From Candidatus Saccharimonadota bacterium (GTDB lineage Bacteria; Patescibacteriota; Saccharimonadia; Saccharimonadales; Saccharimonadaceae): DNA of 32,000 nt. Position numbers and translations under genes: made by a program. The stretch spans positions 720,001 through 752,000 of the forward strand of contig JBDSDX010000001.1 in the NCBI GenBank assembly GCA_039920285.1. Direction: 5' to 3'. Positions 1 to 7,822 of this stretch are shown one piece after another. The notes beneath the pieces are model-generated. The model ran no database searches. It saw only the letters and a list, made by a program, of their open reading frames with translations, and had not been told where the DNA came from. Every line of letters begins with the position of its first letter. The first letter of the stretch is position 1.

Positions 1-205
1 ATGCATCGATACCGAACATGTCATCACGTTCTTCAACGAACATCTTCCACCAAAGTTGCATAATATTTCGCTTTAATGTGACGCCAAGTGGGCCGAAGTC
101 CCAGGTGCCACTCAGACCACCATAAATGTCAGAGCCTGCATAGATAAATCCCCGGCGTTTTGCGAGAGAAACGATCTGTTCCATTTTTTCATTTTTTTCA
201 GCCAT
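1..205 (-). CDS. glyQS: Glycine--tRNA ligase (homodimeric GlyQS type), N-terminal fragment; gene runs off the left edge
   Basis: Absent from the ORF track because it is truncated. Reverse-strand translation from ATG 205..203 gives [68 protein letters not shown]. This matches the conserved GlyRS N-terminus (IYGG...WDxGPLG...WW). Confidence 0.8.
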   Translation of the reverse strand, partial: MAEKNEKMEQIVSLAKRRGFIYAGSDIYGGLSGTWDFGPLGVTLKRNIMQLWWKMFVEERDDMFGIDA

Positions 206-215
206 AACTAGCGTC

Positions 216-224
216 ATTATAGCA
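216..224 (-). promoter_or_regulatory. Extended -10 box TGcTATAAT, 10 nt upstream of the glyQS ATG
   Basis: Reverse complement of 216..224 reads TGCTATAAT, followed by gacgctagtt and then ATG (205..203). No Shine-Dalgarno sequence lies between them. Confidence 0.45.
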
Positions 225-244
225 CAATCGTCTCTGTGGTTACA

Positions 245-273
245 TTGACTTTTTTCTATAAAAAGAATATAAT
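245..273 (+). promoter_or_regulatory. Near-consensus sigma70-type promoter TTGACT-17-TATAAT for ORF 319..1086
   Basis: TTGACT at 245..250, a 17-nt spacer, then TATAAT at 268..273. A leader of about 45 nt follows, with GGAG 6 nt before ATG 319. Confidence 0.6.
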
Positions 274-318
274 ATATACAAGTCTCACCCCGCCCAATCA
301 TCGACCCATTGGAGTACC

Positions 319-1086
319 ATGACAACTATCCTGAACGATCCACCATCCTATGAAGATAGGATGGCTGAGGGCATCGCACTGTTCAACAGTGGCGACAACC
401 TCAACTCTGCTGCAAACCTCTTCGGCTTCGCTTTCGGTGCCGCCGGAAACAACATGCAGAAGAAGGTTGACGCGCTCGAGCAGCAAGCACTCGTCTTCAC
501 GAAAATGAATCGGTTCTCAACTGCTGAGCTCCTCTTCGTGCAGGCGATGGCTCTCGCTTCTCAGCACGCGCTCGACAGGTCCGCCTACACGATTCGGCGC
601 AATCTGGCGATCAACTGCATGGCCGAGTACCAGCGAAGTCTCTTTCACACTCATAAGGTGTGGCGGTCTCTGTTGACGAATGCTTACGAGCTACTTCAGC
701 AGTGTTCCTATGGGTTCAAAAAGATCGTCGACGAACCAGAAGAGCTTGCTATCACCAAGGCCTACATTGGCCGCCTCCACCTGCTGGAGCGTTTGTACGA
801 GCCGGCTGCCAAGAAGATGCGTGAGGCACGAGATGAGTTGGAAGGGTTCACACCCGTCAACTACACCTACGTCCTCAACGTCGACATCGCGCTCATGCGG
901 GCAGTGCCCAAGAGCGAACGCGCTGCAGTCCGTGACCATGCCCTCCCGCTCATCGAGCTGACAGGACAGACCTCCCGCTATCGGGAGATCAAGGTCATCA
1001 TGCTCGGCGGCGATCGGCTGTATCGGATCGTTCAGCGTGTACCGACAGGGATCCTCAAGATCGCTGCAGGTTTTTTCGGGAAGTGA
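319..1086 (+). CDS. Hypothetical protein, 255 aa, compositionally foreign (high GC); no motif recognised
   Basis: A long ORF with its own promoter, SD and terminator. Sampled 60-nt stretches are 55-62% GC, against about 38% in adjacent recO. Leu codons are almost all CTC/CTG. The sequence looks helical, with no TM segment or signal peptide visible. Confidence 0.7.
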   Translation: MTTILNDPPSYEDRMAEGIALFNSGDNLNSAANLFGFAFGAAGNNMQKKVDALEQQALVFTKMNRFSTAELLFVQAMALASQHALDRSAYTIRRNLAINCMAEYQRSLFHTHKVWRSLLTNAYELLQQCSYGFKKIVDEPEELAITKAYIGRLHLLERLYEPAAKKMREARDELEGFTPVNYTYVLNVDIALMRAVPKSERAAVRDHALPLIELTGQTSRYREIKVIMLGGDRLYRIVQRVPTGILKIAAGFFGK

Positions 1087-1094
1087 GCAAAACC

Positions 1095-1124
1095 GGGCCC
1101 CATCGCCATGCGCGATTGGGGCCC
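1095..1124. terminator. GC-rich hairpin between convergent genes (bidirectional terminator candidate)
   Basis: GGGCCCCA (1095..1102) pairs perfectly with TGGGGCCC (1117..1124) around a 14-nt loop, followed by TTT on the plus strand. It lies between the stop of 319..1086 and the stop of recO. Confidence 0.55.
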
Positions 1125-1134
1125 TTTCCCATAT

Positions 1135-1809
1135 CTAAATAGCGGCGTGCTCGCGCGCAACCATCAAACACACTGGCAAGATATCATCCACTCCACCAAT
1201 TTGCATCAAAATTTTTAATGATTTCGTCGAGATGAGGCGCAGTAACTTGATATGTTCGGCCGTAATATCTCCACCTGCACGCTCGACTAAGCCTTGCTCC
1301 CCCATGTCGTAGCGGTAGTGTTTTGTCGCCTCTAGCTTTTGACCCTCGATATCAATGTTCAAATTAAGTTCGTGGCCAAGCATCGCTGCATAGTGCAAAT
1401 AAAACCAAATTTGTGTCAGCTCAAGAGGAATCGATACCGCATCAAGCCCCATGTAAATGTCGCCGAGCATGTCAAACCACTCCGGCTCATCCAATGTCTC
1501 ACTGGCACGCGTGATATGTTTTACGGCGAAATACCCAAATTGTAGCCGGTCATAATCTTCGATAATATGACGATAAAAATGCACCAGTCGTGCGGACGTC
1601 AGAATCCCTAAGTCACCCTTTCCTTCTCCCAGCACGACGTCACTAATGGCGAATAGTTCGATGCCGCCGGCGAGCTTGCTCTTTTCGCGGCGTACTCCCT
1701 TCGCCATGACACTGCGTCGACCTTCTGGCGTGAGGAGTTGAAGAATACGGTCTGCTTCCCCATAGTTTGTTCTTCGAAGAATGATCGCTCGGGTATGTTG
1801 CGTTTTCAT
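1135..1809 (-). CDS. recO: DNA repair protein RecO
   Basis: The 224-aa product has the typical RecO N-terminus (TRAIILRRTNYGEADRILQLLTPEGRRSVMAKGVRR...KLAGGIELF). Its ATG overlaps the upstream TGA in an ATGA (1806..1809). Confidence 0.85.
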   Translation of the reverse strand: MKTQHTRAIILRRTNYGEADRILQLLTPEGRRSVMAKGVRREKSKLAGGIELFAISDVVLGEGKGDLGILTSARLVHFYRHIIEDYDRLQFGYFAVKHITRASETLDEPEWFDMLGDIYMGLDAVSIPLELTQIWFYLHYAAMLGHELNLNIDIEGQKLEATKHYRYDMGEQGLVERAGGDITAEHIKLLRLISTKSLKILMQIGGVDDILPVCLMVAREHAAI

Positions 1810-2180
1810 AGCAGCACACTCTTGACGGCAGCCACAAGATCACTCGGCAACATGGTCGATTTATCGACAATCCGACGGACGCCATAACTTTTTAAATCAT
1901 CGAGCTCAAGACTTTCGGCCATATTCGTACAGAGGATGATCGGCAGCGCTCCGCTGTCATCGTATGATTGCATCTCATGAAGCAACGCAAAGGCGGTACT
2001 TCCGGTCAGCAGTACATCGAGTATCATCACGTCTGGCTTTACTTCATCGAGCTTGACGATTGCCGATGGAGCGTGTGGTGAGTGTGTGACGTCAAACCCT
2101 GCTTTCTCCAGTGTCGTCACTTCCAGCTCGGCCAACCATGGGTCGTCCTCAACTAATAATATTTTTTGCTGCGTGCTCAT
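1806..2180 (-). CDS. Single-domain response regulator (receiver only, CheY-like)
   Basis: The 124-aa product shows KILLVEDD, a phospho-acceptor context VMILDVLL, and a late conserved K (VDKS). There is no output domain. ATGA overlaps occur at both ends. Confidence 0.85.
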   Translation of the reverse strand: MSTQQKILLVEDDPWLAELEVTTLEKAGFDVTHSPHAPSAIVKLDEVKPDVMILDVLLTGSTAFALLHEMQSYDDSGALPIILCTNMAESLELDDLKSYGVRRIVDKSTMLPSDLVAAVKSVLL

Positions 2181-2914
2181 AGGAGGCTCAGTTGTTGCGA
2201 TGCCTGTAAATCAACATAAAATGTCGCTCCGTCACGGTGGCGAGTCGCACCGATGTGGCCATTCATGGCGAGTGCAAATTGGCTGGCGATATACAGCCCC
2301 AAGCCACTACTTTGTGGTCGAGCGTTGATCGCTTGGGGGGCTTTTGATAATTTCTTTTGCAAACTCTCCCACATATCACTCGATAATGCTGGTCCAAAAT
2401 CACGCACCCCAACACGGATCATACCGGTTTGTTTCAGTGCCTGAATTTGAAGTTGTACCACTGTACCCGGTTGGCTGTAATGAAGCGCGTTGTCACTGAA
2501 ATTCATTAAAATCCTGCGAAGCAGGTCGCGATTTGCTACCAACAGTAATGGATGGCGGCGGCGTGCGACGGCTAATCCACGGCCATGTGCTTCAAACAAC
2601 GGTGACAACTCAGTTGCAATATCCCGACACAACTGTTCAGGGTTAATTGGCTCAACCTCGAACAACGCATCTTCAAGACGCGCTGATTTTGTCAGGTCGT
2701 TTGTTAGTCGCAGAGCTCGTTCACTAGTGAGTGTAATTTGTTCAAGTAAGCGGAGTCGTTCGTTCTCACTGATCGAGTTATCTTCAAGACGCAGTGCAAG
2801 TTGTCGCACCAGCGCAAGTGGTGCCTTTAGCTCATGCGCGGCGGCAATTACCGTCGGCAATTCATAGGACCGAAGTTCAGTCCTGATTGGCTGCTTTCCC
2901 TCGCTTCCACTCAT
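2177..2914 (-). CDS. Cytoplasmic histidine kinase lacking any sensor, TM or HAMP region
   Basis: The 245-aa product has an H-box AAAHELKAPLALV starting near residue 25, an N-box NFSDNALHYS, G1-like RDFGPAL and G2 GLGLYI. No hydrophobic segment is present. Confidence 0.85.
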   Translation of the reverse strand: MSGSEGKQPIRTELRSYELPTVIAAAHELKAPLALVRQLALRLEDNSISENERLRLLEQITLTSERALRLTNDLTKSARLEDALFEVEPINPEQLCRDIATELSPLFEAHGRGLAVARRRHPLLLVANRDLLRRILMNFSDNALHYSQPGTVVQLQIQALKQTGMIRVGVRDFGPALSSDMWESLQKKLSKAPQAINARPQSSGLGLYIASQFALAMNGHIGATRHRDGATFYVDLQASQQLSLL

Positions 2915-2920
2915 GCACTT

Positions 2921-2929
2921 AGTGTAGCA
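2921..2929 (-). promoter_or_regulatory. Extended -10 box TGcTACACT, 6 nt upstream of the kinase ATG (leaderless candidate)
   Basis: Reverse complement of 2921..2929 is TGCTACACT, then aagtgc, then ATG 2914..2912. No SD is present. Confidence 0.45.
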
Positions 2930-2966
2930 TTCAGCTCACAAGCCATGCAAAGATGAGCGTCATGAA

Positions 2967-3653
2967 TTATTTATTAAATGTAATTGTCTGAATCAAGGCG
3001 TTAAAGTCGGCATTGAAAGTGTCAGCGTCGGTACGAATAGTCACTGTTTTATCACGAATTTTGAAAATGACCGCTGAACCACGAATGTTCTTTGAGAAAC
3101 TACCATCGAGTCTTGTCCCATTTTGATCATCAGCCTTTACCGCACTCGTCTTTAGGTCACCTTTTTTAACCAATGCTTGGTAGCTTGAAATCACCTGATC
3201 AAAATCTTTATTTTCAATCGTCACCCGGAGTGCATACTGTGTTGTCTGACTTGACGTGACTGATGGAACTGAGCCAGGATTGAGATATGCCTGATAGCTA
3301 CTATTTGATGTCTCGCCTGTCTTATCGATATATAAGCTCCATGTTTTCGGATAATTAAAGACAACGCGACCCAAATCTTCTGGACCAACAAACTGGCGAT
3401 TAGGTTCCTTCTCACGTTCGGTGAATTTTGCTTCATCAGAGTCGGCTTGTTCTTTTTTTGCCGTCGCGACAGCGGTTGAAACTTTAGTATCAACGTTATC
3501 TTTTTGATCAAAATAGTTGATCAATGCCCAGGTTAAGACACCTCCAGCAATTACTGTTGTGACGATAAAGACTACCGTAAGAATCAACCACTTGTCGATC
3601 GTTCGACGGGGTGGTGTCACAGGAGTCATAGGAGCTGGAGTGTTTGGATACAT
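2967..3653 (-). CDS. Membrane-anchored exported protein of unknown function (one N-terminal TM helix plus a beta-rich ectodomain)
   Basis: The TM segment is WLILTVVFIVTTVIAGGVLTWALI. I prefer the ATG at 3653 because TATAAT sits 6 nt upstream and the site lies downstream of the preceding stop (3673). The ORF track extends to a TTG at 3719, which would overlap the upstream gene. Confidence 0.6.
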   Translation of the reverse strand: MYPNTPAPMTPVTPPRRTIDKWLILTVVFIVTTVIAGGVLTWALINYFDQKDNVDTKVSTAVATAKKEQADSDEAKFTEREKEPNRQFVGPEDLGRVVFNYPKTWSLYIDKTGETSNSSYQAYLNPGSVPSVTSSQTTQYALRVTIENKDFDQVISSYQALVKKGDLKTSAVKADDQNGTRLDGSFSKNIRGSAVIFKIRDKTVTIRTDADTFNADFNALIQTITFNK

Positions 3654-3659
3654 ATCTGC

Positions 3660-3665
3660 ATTATA
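3660..3665 (-). promoter_or_regulatory. -10 box TATAAT, 6 nt upstream of ATG 3653 (leaderless candidate)
   Basis: Reverse complement of 3660..3665 is TATAAT, then gcagat, then ATG 3653..3651. Confidence 0.4.
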
Positions 3666-3672
3666 CTTGTGC

Positions 3673-4182
3673 TTAAGACGAGAGTAAAGGGTGGAAGCTG
3701 TAGAGCGCATAGGCTTCAAAAGTTGAATCTGGCGTCACCTCTTTTAGTGGGCTCCCGTAGCAGAGTAGTTTCACCGATCGATTGAGTCGATTAGCTTCAG
3801 TCTGCATTTTTTTTGCTAGCTTCTTTTGATCGCGACTGACAGAAAAGGCGTACACCAGCGTCGTTTTCGGCGGCAATTCAATGCGCCAAAAATTTGCGAG
3901 TACGATGCTAACCTTAGGAAATCGTAAAGACGCCAATCGAGAAATCCATACCAGCACTGGCTGCAGTTCATAGCCAACGGCCGTCGCTCCTCTCTCTGCT
4001 GCTATTCGAAGTACAATGCCGTCACCACTTCCGACATCAACAATCAGGTCTTTAGGACCAATTTTTAAATGTTCGAACACTCTTCGGATATCTCGACGGT
4101 GACTTGGTACATATGGTGCACCAAAAAAGACAACGAAAGTGAAAAAAACGACGATTGAGCCGACGATGTAAATCCAGATCAC
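3673..4182 (-). CDS. Membrane-anchored class I (seven-beta-strand) SAM-dependent methyltransferase, FAM173/ATPSCKMT-like
   Basis: The 169-aa product has an N-terminal TM helix (IWIYIVGSIVVFFTFVVFFG), then APYVPS, then motif I VDVGSGDGIVLRIAAERGATAVGYELQPVLVWISR. It uses a GTG start directly abutting the xseB stop. Confidence 0.7.
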   Translation of the reverse strand: MIWIYIVGSIVVFFTFVVFFGAPYVPSHRRDIRRVFEHLKIGPKDLIVDVGSGDGIVLRIAAERGATAVGYELQPVLVWISRLASLRFPKVSIVLANFWRIELPPKTTLVYAFSVSRDQKKLAKKMQTEANRLNRSVKLLCYGSPLKEVTPDSTFEAYALYSFHPLLSS

Positions 4183-4389
4183 TTACGCCTCGACGTCAAA
4201 TTTCTTTTTAACGACTTTTATATCGTTTTTGAGTTTGGTCAGGTCTTTTTCAATATCTTCAGCTAGTTTTTCGGCTGCTTTATACTGCGTTAAAGCGTCT
4301 TCAAGCTTAAACGATGCGCCTTGAAACCAGCCGACGAGCTCGGACAATTCGCTTAGTTTATCTTGGATTGATTTATCTTGGTCTGACAT
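4183..4389 (-). CDS. xseB: Exodeoxyribonuclease VII small subunit
   Basis: The 68-aa helical protein (LSELSELVGWFQG...LEDALTQYKAAEKLAEDIEKDL) follows xseA directly. GGAGGT sits 5 nt upstream of the ATG. Confidence 0.85.
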   Translation of the reverse strand: MSDQDKSIQDKLSELSELVGWFQGASFKLEDALTQYKAAEKLAEDIEKDLTKLKNDIKVVKKKFDVEA

Positions 4390-5464
4390 TTTTTACCTCC
4401 GTTGTTAGTATGTTCTCTAGTGTTTCAATTTCAAGGCTTGCACCAATTTTTTGTTCACCCCGAATCAAGGCGTATCCACGTTTTAATACAGTATCTGGAT
4501 TCAACTGCGAAATGGCAACACGCATCACACCCAATCGATCGAATGTATCGTCAAGTTTTTCCTCAACACGCCTAAAAATCGCCATCAAATGATCTCGTGT
4601 CTGTTCAGAATACTGATCAATCGCGCGCACCAATGAATACCCAAGCGACTTTACCTGTTGATGGGCATTTTGAATGATCTCGCTACGATCAGGTACCAAT
4701 ATTTGAGCCGCATTTGTTGGCGTCGCAGCCCGTACGTCGGCAACCATGTCTGCGAGCGTATGATCTACTTCATGCCCTACTCCAACCAATGTTGGAATAC
4801 GACTTTCGGCAATAGCCCGAGCGAGTGGTTCATCGTTGAAGGTTGAAAGATCTTCTGCACTTCCCCCGCCGCGGATAATAACCAGTACTTCAGGTAACTC
4901 TTCGAGACTGTTGAAATATCGGATCGCACGAATCATCTGATCTGGGGCTGGCTCGCCCTGTACCTGCGTGTGTGCCACATCAACTCGTAATCCACCCCAC
5001 CGCTCGTTAATGATTTTAATAAAATCAGCATAGCCAGCAGATTCAGTACTCGACACGACACCAACGTATGCTGGGACGTCAGGTAAACGGCGCTTCCGTT
5101 CTTCAGCAAACAAACCTTCTTTTTCGAGTTTTGCCTTTAAAAGTTCAAACCCTTTTTTGATAGACCCCTCACCAACTGGCTTCACTGCACGAACCGTTAA
5201 GCTAAAATAGCCCTTTGGATTGAGTTTCGGTGCAGCCGTAATGATGACTTTCATGCCATCTTCAAGTGGCATCCGAAGTTGATAGATACCCATGAAACAG
5301 CTAATGACCGCGCCAGCATCCTTCAGTTTAAAAACAACCCATTTCCCTTGGCTAATTTTGAATTCAGTAATTTCACCTTCGACACTTACGCTCGGATAGG
5401 CGTATTCGAGTGTTTGATTGGTGAGCGCAACGAAGTCGCTGACGCTAAGGAGTACGTTTTCCAT
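4373..5464 (-). CDS. xseA: Exodeoxyribonuclease VII large subunit
   Basis: The 363-aa product has an N-terminal OB-fold region (LSVSDFVALTNQTLEYAYPSVSVEGEITEFK...GKWVVFKLKD) and a catalytic core (IIRGGGSAEDLSTFNDE). It overlaps xseB by 17 nt. Confidence 0.9.
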   Translation of the reverse strand: MENVLLSVSDFVALTNQTLEYAYPSVSVEGEITEFKISQGKWVVFKLKDAGAVISCFMGIYQLRMPLEDGMKVIITAAPKLNPKGYFSLTVRAVKPVGEGSIKKGFELLKAKLEKEGLFAEERKRRLPDVPAYVGVVSSTESAGYADFIKIINERWGGLRVDVAHTQVQGEPAPDQMIRAIRYFNSLEELPEVLVIIRGGGSAEDLSTFNDEPLARAIAESRIPTLVGVGHEVDHTLADMVADVRAATPTNAAQILVPDRSEIIQNAHQQVKSLGYSLVRAIDQYSEQTRDHLMAIFRRVEEKLDDTFDRLGVMRVAISQLNPDTVLKRGYALIRGEQKIGASLEIETLENILTTEVKNVRPR

Positions 5465-6488
5465 ACTTGTTCACTGTTAATTGATAGAATAAATACCCAA
5501 ATAGAATCGTTCCGAGGACTAATGTTACGCGAGCGATCAATGTTCCAGCAATCGCCACTTCAGCGGAGACGTGACCAGATGCCAAGAATGCAATCATGAT
5601 CGTTTCGTAGACACCAGCACCACCAGGAGTGACTGAGGCACCTCCTGCGAGTGATGCGAGGCCGAACGCGACGAATAGTAGTGCAGGGTTGATCATGAAG
5701 CCCAATGACCAGAACGCAATCCAGATTAACGCAACGTCAGCAATATTGGCGAGGACTGCCCATATAAATGGTCGGATCAAAATACGACGATCACGACGGA
5801 TCGCCATGTAGTCTTCGTGCAAATCATTAAAGAAATTGAATAGTAATGTGTCATTAAGAATCTTTTTCTTGCGACCGCGAGTTATTTTTCTGACAATCGT
5901 ATTAACAAGGCGAGTCAACCAACCCGAAAAGGCATCAAGTCGTTTTTTACTACCAATAACCAAGATACCACCAACTGTGGCACCGATCGCAACGGTCGCA
6001 AGTCCGACACACAACAAGAGAATAACGCGATCAATACGGTGATCAAGAATGAGAATCCCGACAGCCACCATCAACAGGAGCACGAAGCTCACAAACGTCA
6101 ATGCAAAGCGTATGATTTGTGCCATCGTCGTGCGACTGACGCTTACCTTATATTTACTGAGGAGCCATCCAAGGTATGAAAAGCCGGCAGCTCCCCCACT
6201 CGGCAAAACGTGATTCACAAAGTTGAGTTCAAGCGCGATACGCGTCATGCGCCAATGTGAAACATCCTTTAAATCACCCTTCGAACGAAGATAATTAAAA
6301 ATCATACCACCGGTTGCATAGTAACTAAAGAATTGAACAGGAATCAGTATCGCCAGTACCCATAAATTGATCTGACCAATCAAATCCCACGCCTTCAAAA
6401 TCTCGCGATGAGCAAGAAAAATAACCACACCTAGAAGAACTAGTGTGATTAGTGTCATCCACGCTCGTGCTGATAATCCTTTTCGCAT
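5445..6488 (-). CDS. Lysylphosphatidylglycerol-synthase TM-region-like (UPF0104, flippase-like) integral membrane protein
   Basis: The polytopic membrane protein starts at MRKGLSARAWMTLITLVLLGVV (ATG 6488..6486). The ORF-track extension to 7052 is antisense to the neighbouring gene and looks non-protein-like. Confidence 0.7.
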   Translation of the reverse strand: MRKGLSARAWMTLITLVLLGVVIFLAHREILKAWDLIGQINLWVLAILIPVQFFSYYATGGMIFNYLRSKGDLKDVSHWRMTRIALELNFVNHVLPSGGAAGFSYLGWLLSKYKVSVSRTTMAQIIRFALTFVSFVLLLMVAVGILILDHRIDRVILLLCVGLATVAIGATVGGILVIGSKKRLDAFSGWLTRLVNTIVRKITRGRKKKILNDTLLFNFFNDLHEDYMAIRRDRRILIRPFIWAVLANIADVALIWIAFWSLGFMINPALLFVAFGLASLAGGASVTPGGAGVYETIMIAFLASGHVSAEVAIAGTLIARVTLVLGTILFGYLFYQLTVNKYGKRTP

Positions 6489-6497
6489 TATCCAATC

Positions 6498-6506
6498 ATT
6501 ATACCA
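6498..6506 (-). promoter_or_regulatory. Extended -10 box TGgTATAAT, 9 nt upstream of ATG 6488
   Basis: Reverse complement of 6498..6506 is TGGTATAAT, then gattggata, then ATG. It lies within a 36-bp divergent intergenic region. Confidence 0.45.
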
Positions 6507-6512
6507 TTCAGG

Positions 6513-6518
6513 TATAAT
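6513..6518 (+). promoter_or_regulatory. -10 box TATAAT, 6 nt upstream of ATG 6525 (leaderless candidate)
   Basis: TATAAT at 6513..6518, then gaacct, then ATG 6525. No SD is possible in that space. Confidence 0.45.
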
Positions 6519-6524
6519 GAACCT

Positions 6525-7715
6525 ATGTACATCGCTATCCTCGGACGCCAACCAGCAATTTCTATCGCCGAACTCGAGCGCCTTTACGGTGGTGTGAGTT
6601 GGTTTTCTGACACGACTGCCACTGTTGAGGCTGATCGTATCAATGTTCAAAACCTCGGTGGGACGCAAAAAATTGGCCAGGTAATCGCTCAACTCCCCAA
6701 CGGCGACTGGCGCAAAGCTAGCATGAAGATCGTCACCCACTATGCCAAAGAATGGGCTAAATATGAAGGAAAAATTACTCTGGGTATCAGCGCCTATGGT
6801 TTCGAGGACACCGATATTCGAGATATTCAAAAAACTGGTCTCATCCTCAAGACGAAACTGAAAGCGACCACCGCGAGTCTCCGTCTTATCCCAAACCAAG
6901 AATCTGCCCTCAGCACCGCAACCTCGCACCACAATAAGCTTGGCCTGTCTGACAACAAGATCGAGCTGCTCGTTGTTCGTGGACGCAGAGGAATCATCAT
7001 CGCCGAAAGTCGCGGCGCTCAAAACATCACCGCACTCGCTGCGCGAGACCAAGGTCGTCCGAAGCGTGATGCCTTTGTTGGTATGCTCCCACCAAAGTTA
7101 GCTCAGATTATGATCAACCTCGCCAATCTCGAAAAAGGTCGTATCCTTGATCCTTTTTGCGGCACCGGCGTTATCCTTCAAGAAGCTCTTCTCATGGGAT
7201 ATGACGTCTTCGGAAGCGACTTATCTGAGAAGATGGTCAGCTACACTCAAGCAAATATCACCTGGCTCGCGGAACAGAACCCTCACGCAGTCAAAGGACT
7301 CGCTGCCGAATACGCCGTTGGTGACGCAGCCACTACAATCTGGAAAAGTTTAGAAAGTGGAACATCAAAAGACCTCGTTATCGATGCTGTCGTTGCAGAA
7401 ACCTACCTCGGCCAACCATTTAGTGCGCCTCCTTCGAGCGGTAAACTTACCGAAGTTCGCGGCAACTGTAATCATATTATCAGCCTATTCTTAAAGAATA
7501 TTGGTGCTCAACTCAAGTCGGGAACCCCGCTCGTGCTGGCGGTACCTGCGTGGCGCGACACCGAAGGTCGCTTTACTCACTTGCCATTTATTAACGCGCT
7601 CGAAAAACTCGGCTATCAACAAGTCGAGTTCAATACAGTTAATAGTGAGCAATTGCTCTATTTCCGTCCTGACCAAGTCGTCGCGCGCGAACTGCTCGTC
7701 TTAACAAAGATCTAA
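6525..7715 (+). CDS. Putative SAM-dependent RNA/nucleic-acid methyltransferase (UPF0020/Trm11-like)
   Basis: The 396-aa product has motif I LDPFCGTGVILQEALLMGYDVFGSDL in its C-terminal half and a non-catalytic N-terminal domain of about 190 aa (MYIAILGRQPAISIAELE...). Confidence 0.65.
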   Translation: MYIAILGRQPAISIAELERLYGGVSWFSDTTATVEADRINVQNLGGTQKIGQVIAQLPNGDWRKASMKIVTHYAKEWAKYEGKITLGISAYGFEDTDIRDIQKTGLILKTKLKATTASLRLIPNQESALSTATSHHNKLGLSDNKIELLVVRGRRGIIIAESRGAQNITALAARDQGRPKRDAFVGMLPPKLAQIMINLANLEKGRILDPFCGTGVILQEALLMGYDVFGSDLSEKMVSYTQANITWLAEQNPHAVKGLAAEYAVGDAATTIWKSLESGTSKDLVIDAVVAETYLGQPFSAPPSSGKLTEVRGNCNHIISLFLKNIGAQLKSGTPLVLAVPAWRDTEGRFTHLPFINALEKLGYQQVEFNTVNSEQLLYFRPDQVVARELLVLTKI

Positions 7716-7822
7716 AGAAGTTTTATACCGGCCAATATGGCCTCAATAACTAAAAGAATGCTCCCGACAATAATAATCGGCATCGTTAGTCGAATCTCTC
7801 GCTCATCATTACGTACTGTCAT
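7712..7822 (-). CDS. Candidate 36-aa single-TM micro-protein (MTVRNDEREIRLTMPIIIVGSILLVIEAILAGIKLL)
   Basis: GGAGG (reverse complement of 7827..7831) lies 4 nt upstream of ATG 7822. The C-terminal 22 residues form a clean hydrophobic helix. The alternative is the 85-aa ORF-track version starting at 7969, whose N-terminal half (W- and C-rich) looks non-coding. Confidence 0.4.
   Translation of the reverse strand: MTVRNDEREIRLTMPIIIVGSILLVIEAILAGIKLL

Noticed and set aside
6489-7052. N-terminal 188 codons of the 535-aa minus-strand ORF (5445..7052)
   Set aside because: This part runs entirely antisense to the well-supported methyltransferase gene 6525..7715 and has a non-protein-like sequence (MVSRSECGDVLSAATFGDDDSS...). 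The membrane protein begins cleanly at MRKGLSARAW (ATG 6488), which has a -10 box 9 nt upstream. I treat it as a shadow ORF.
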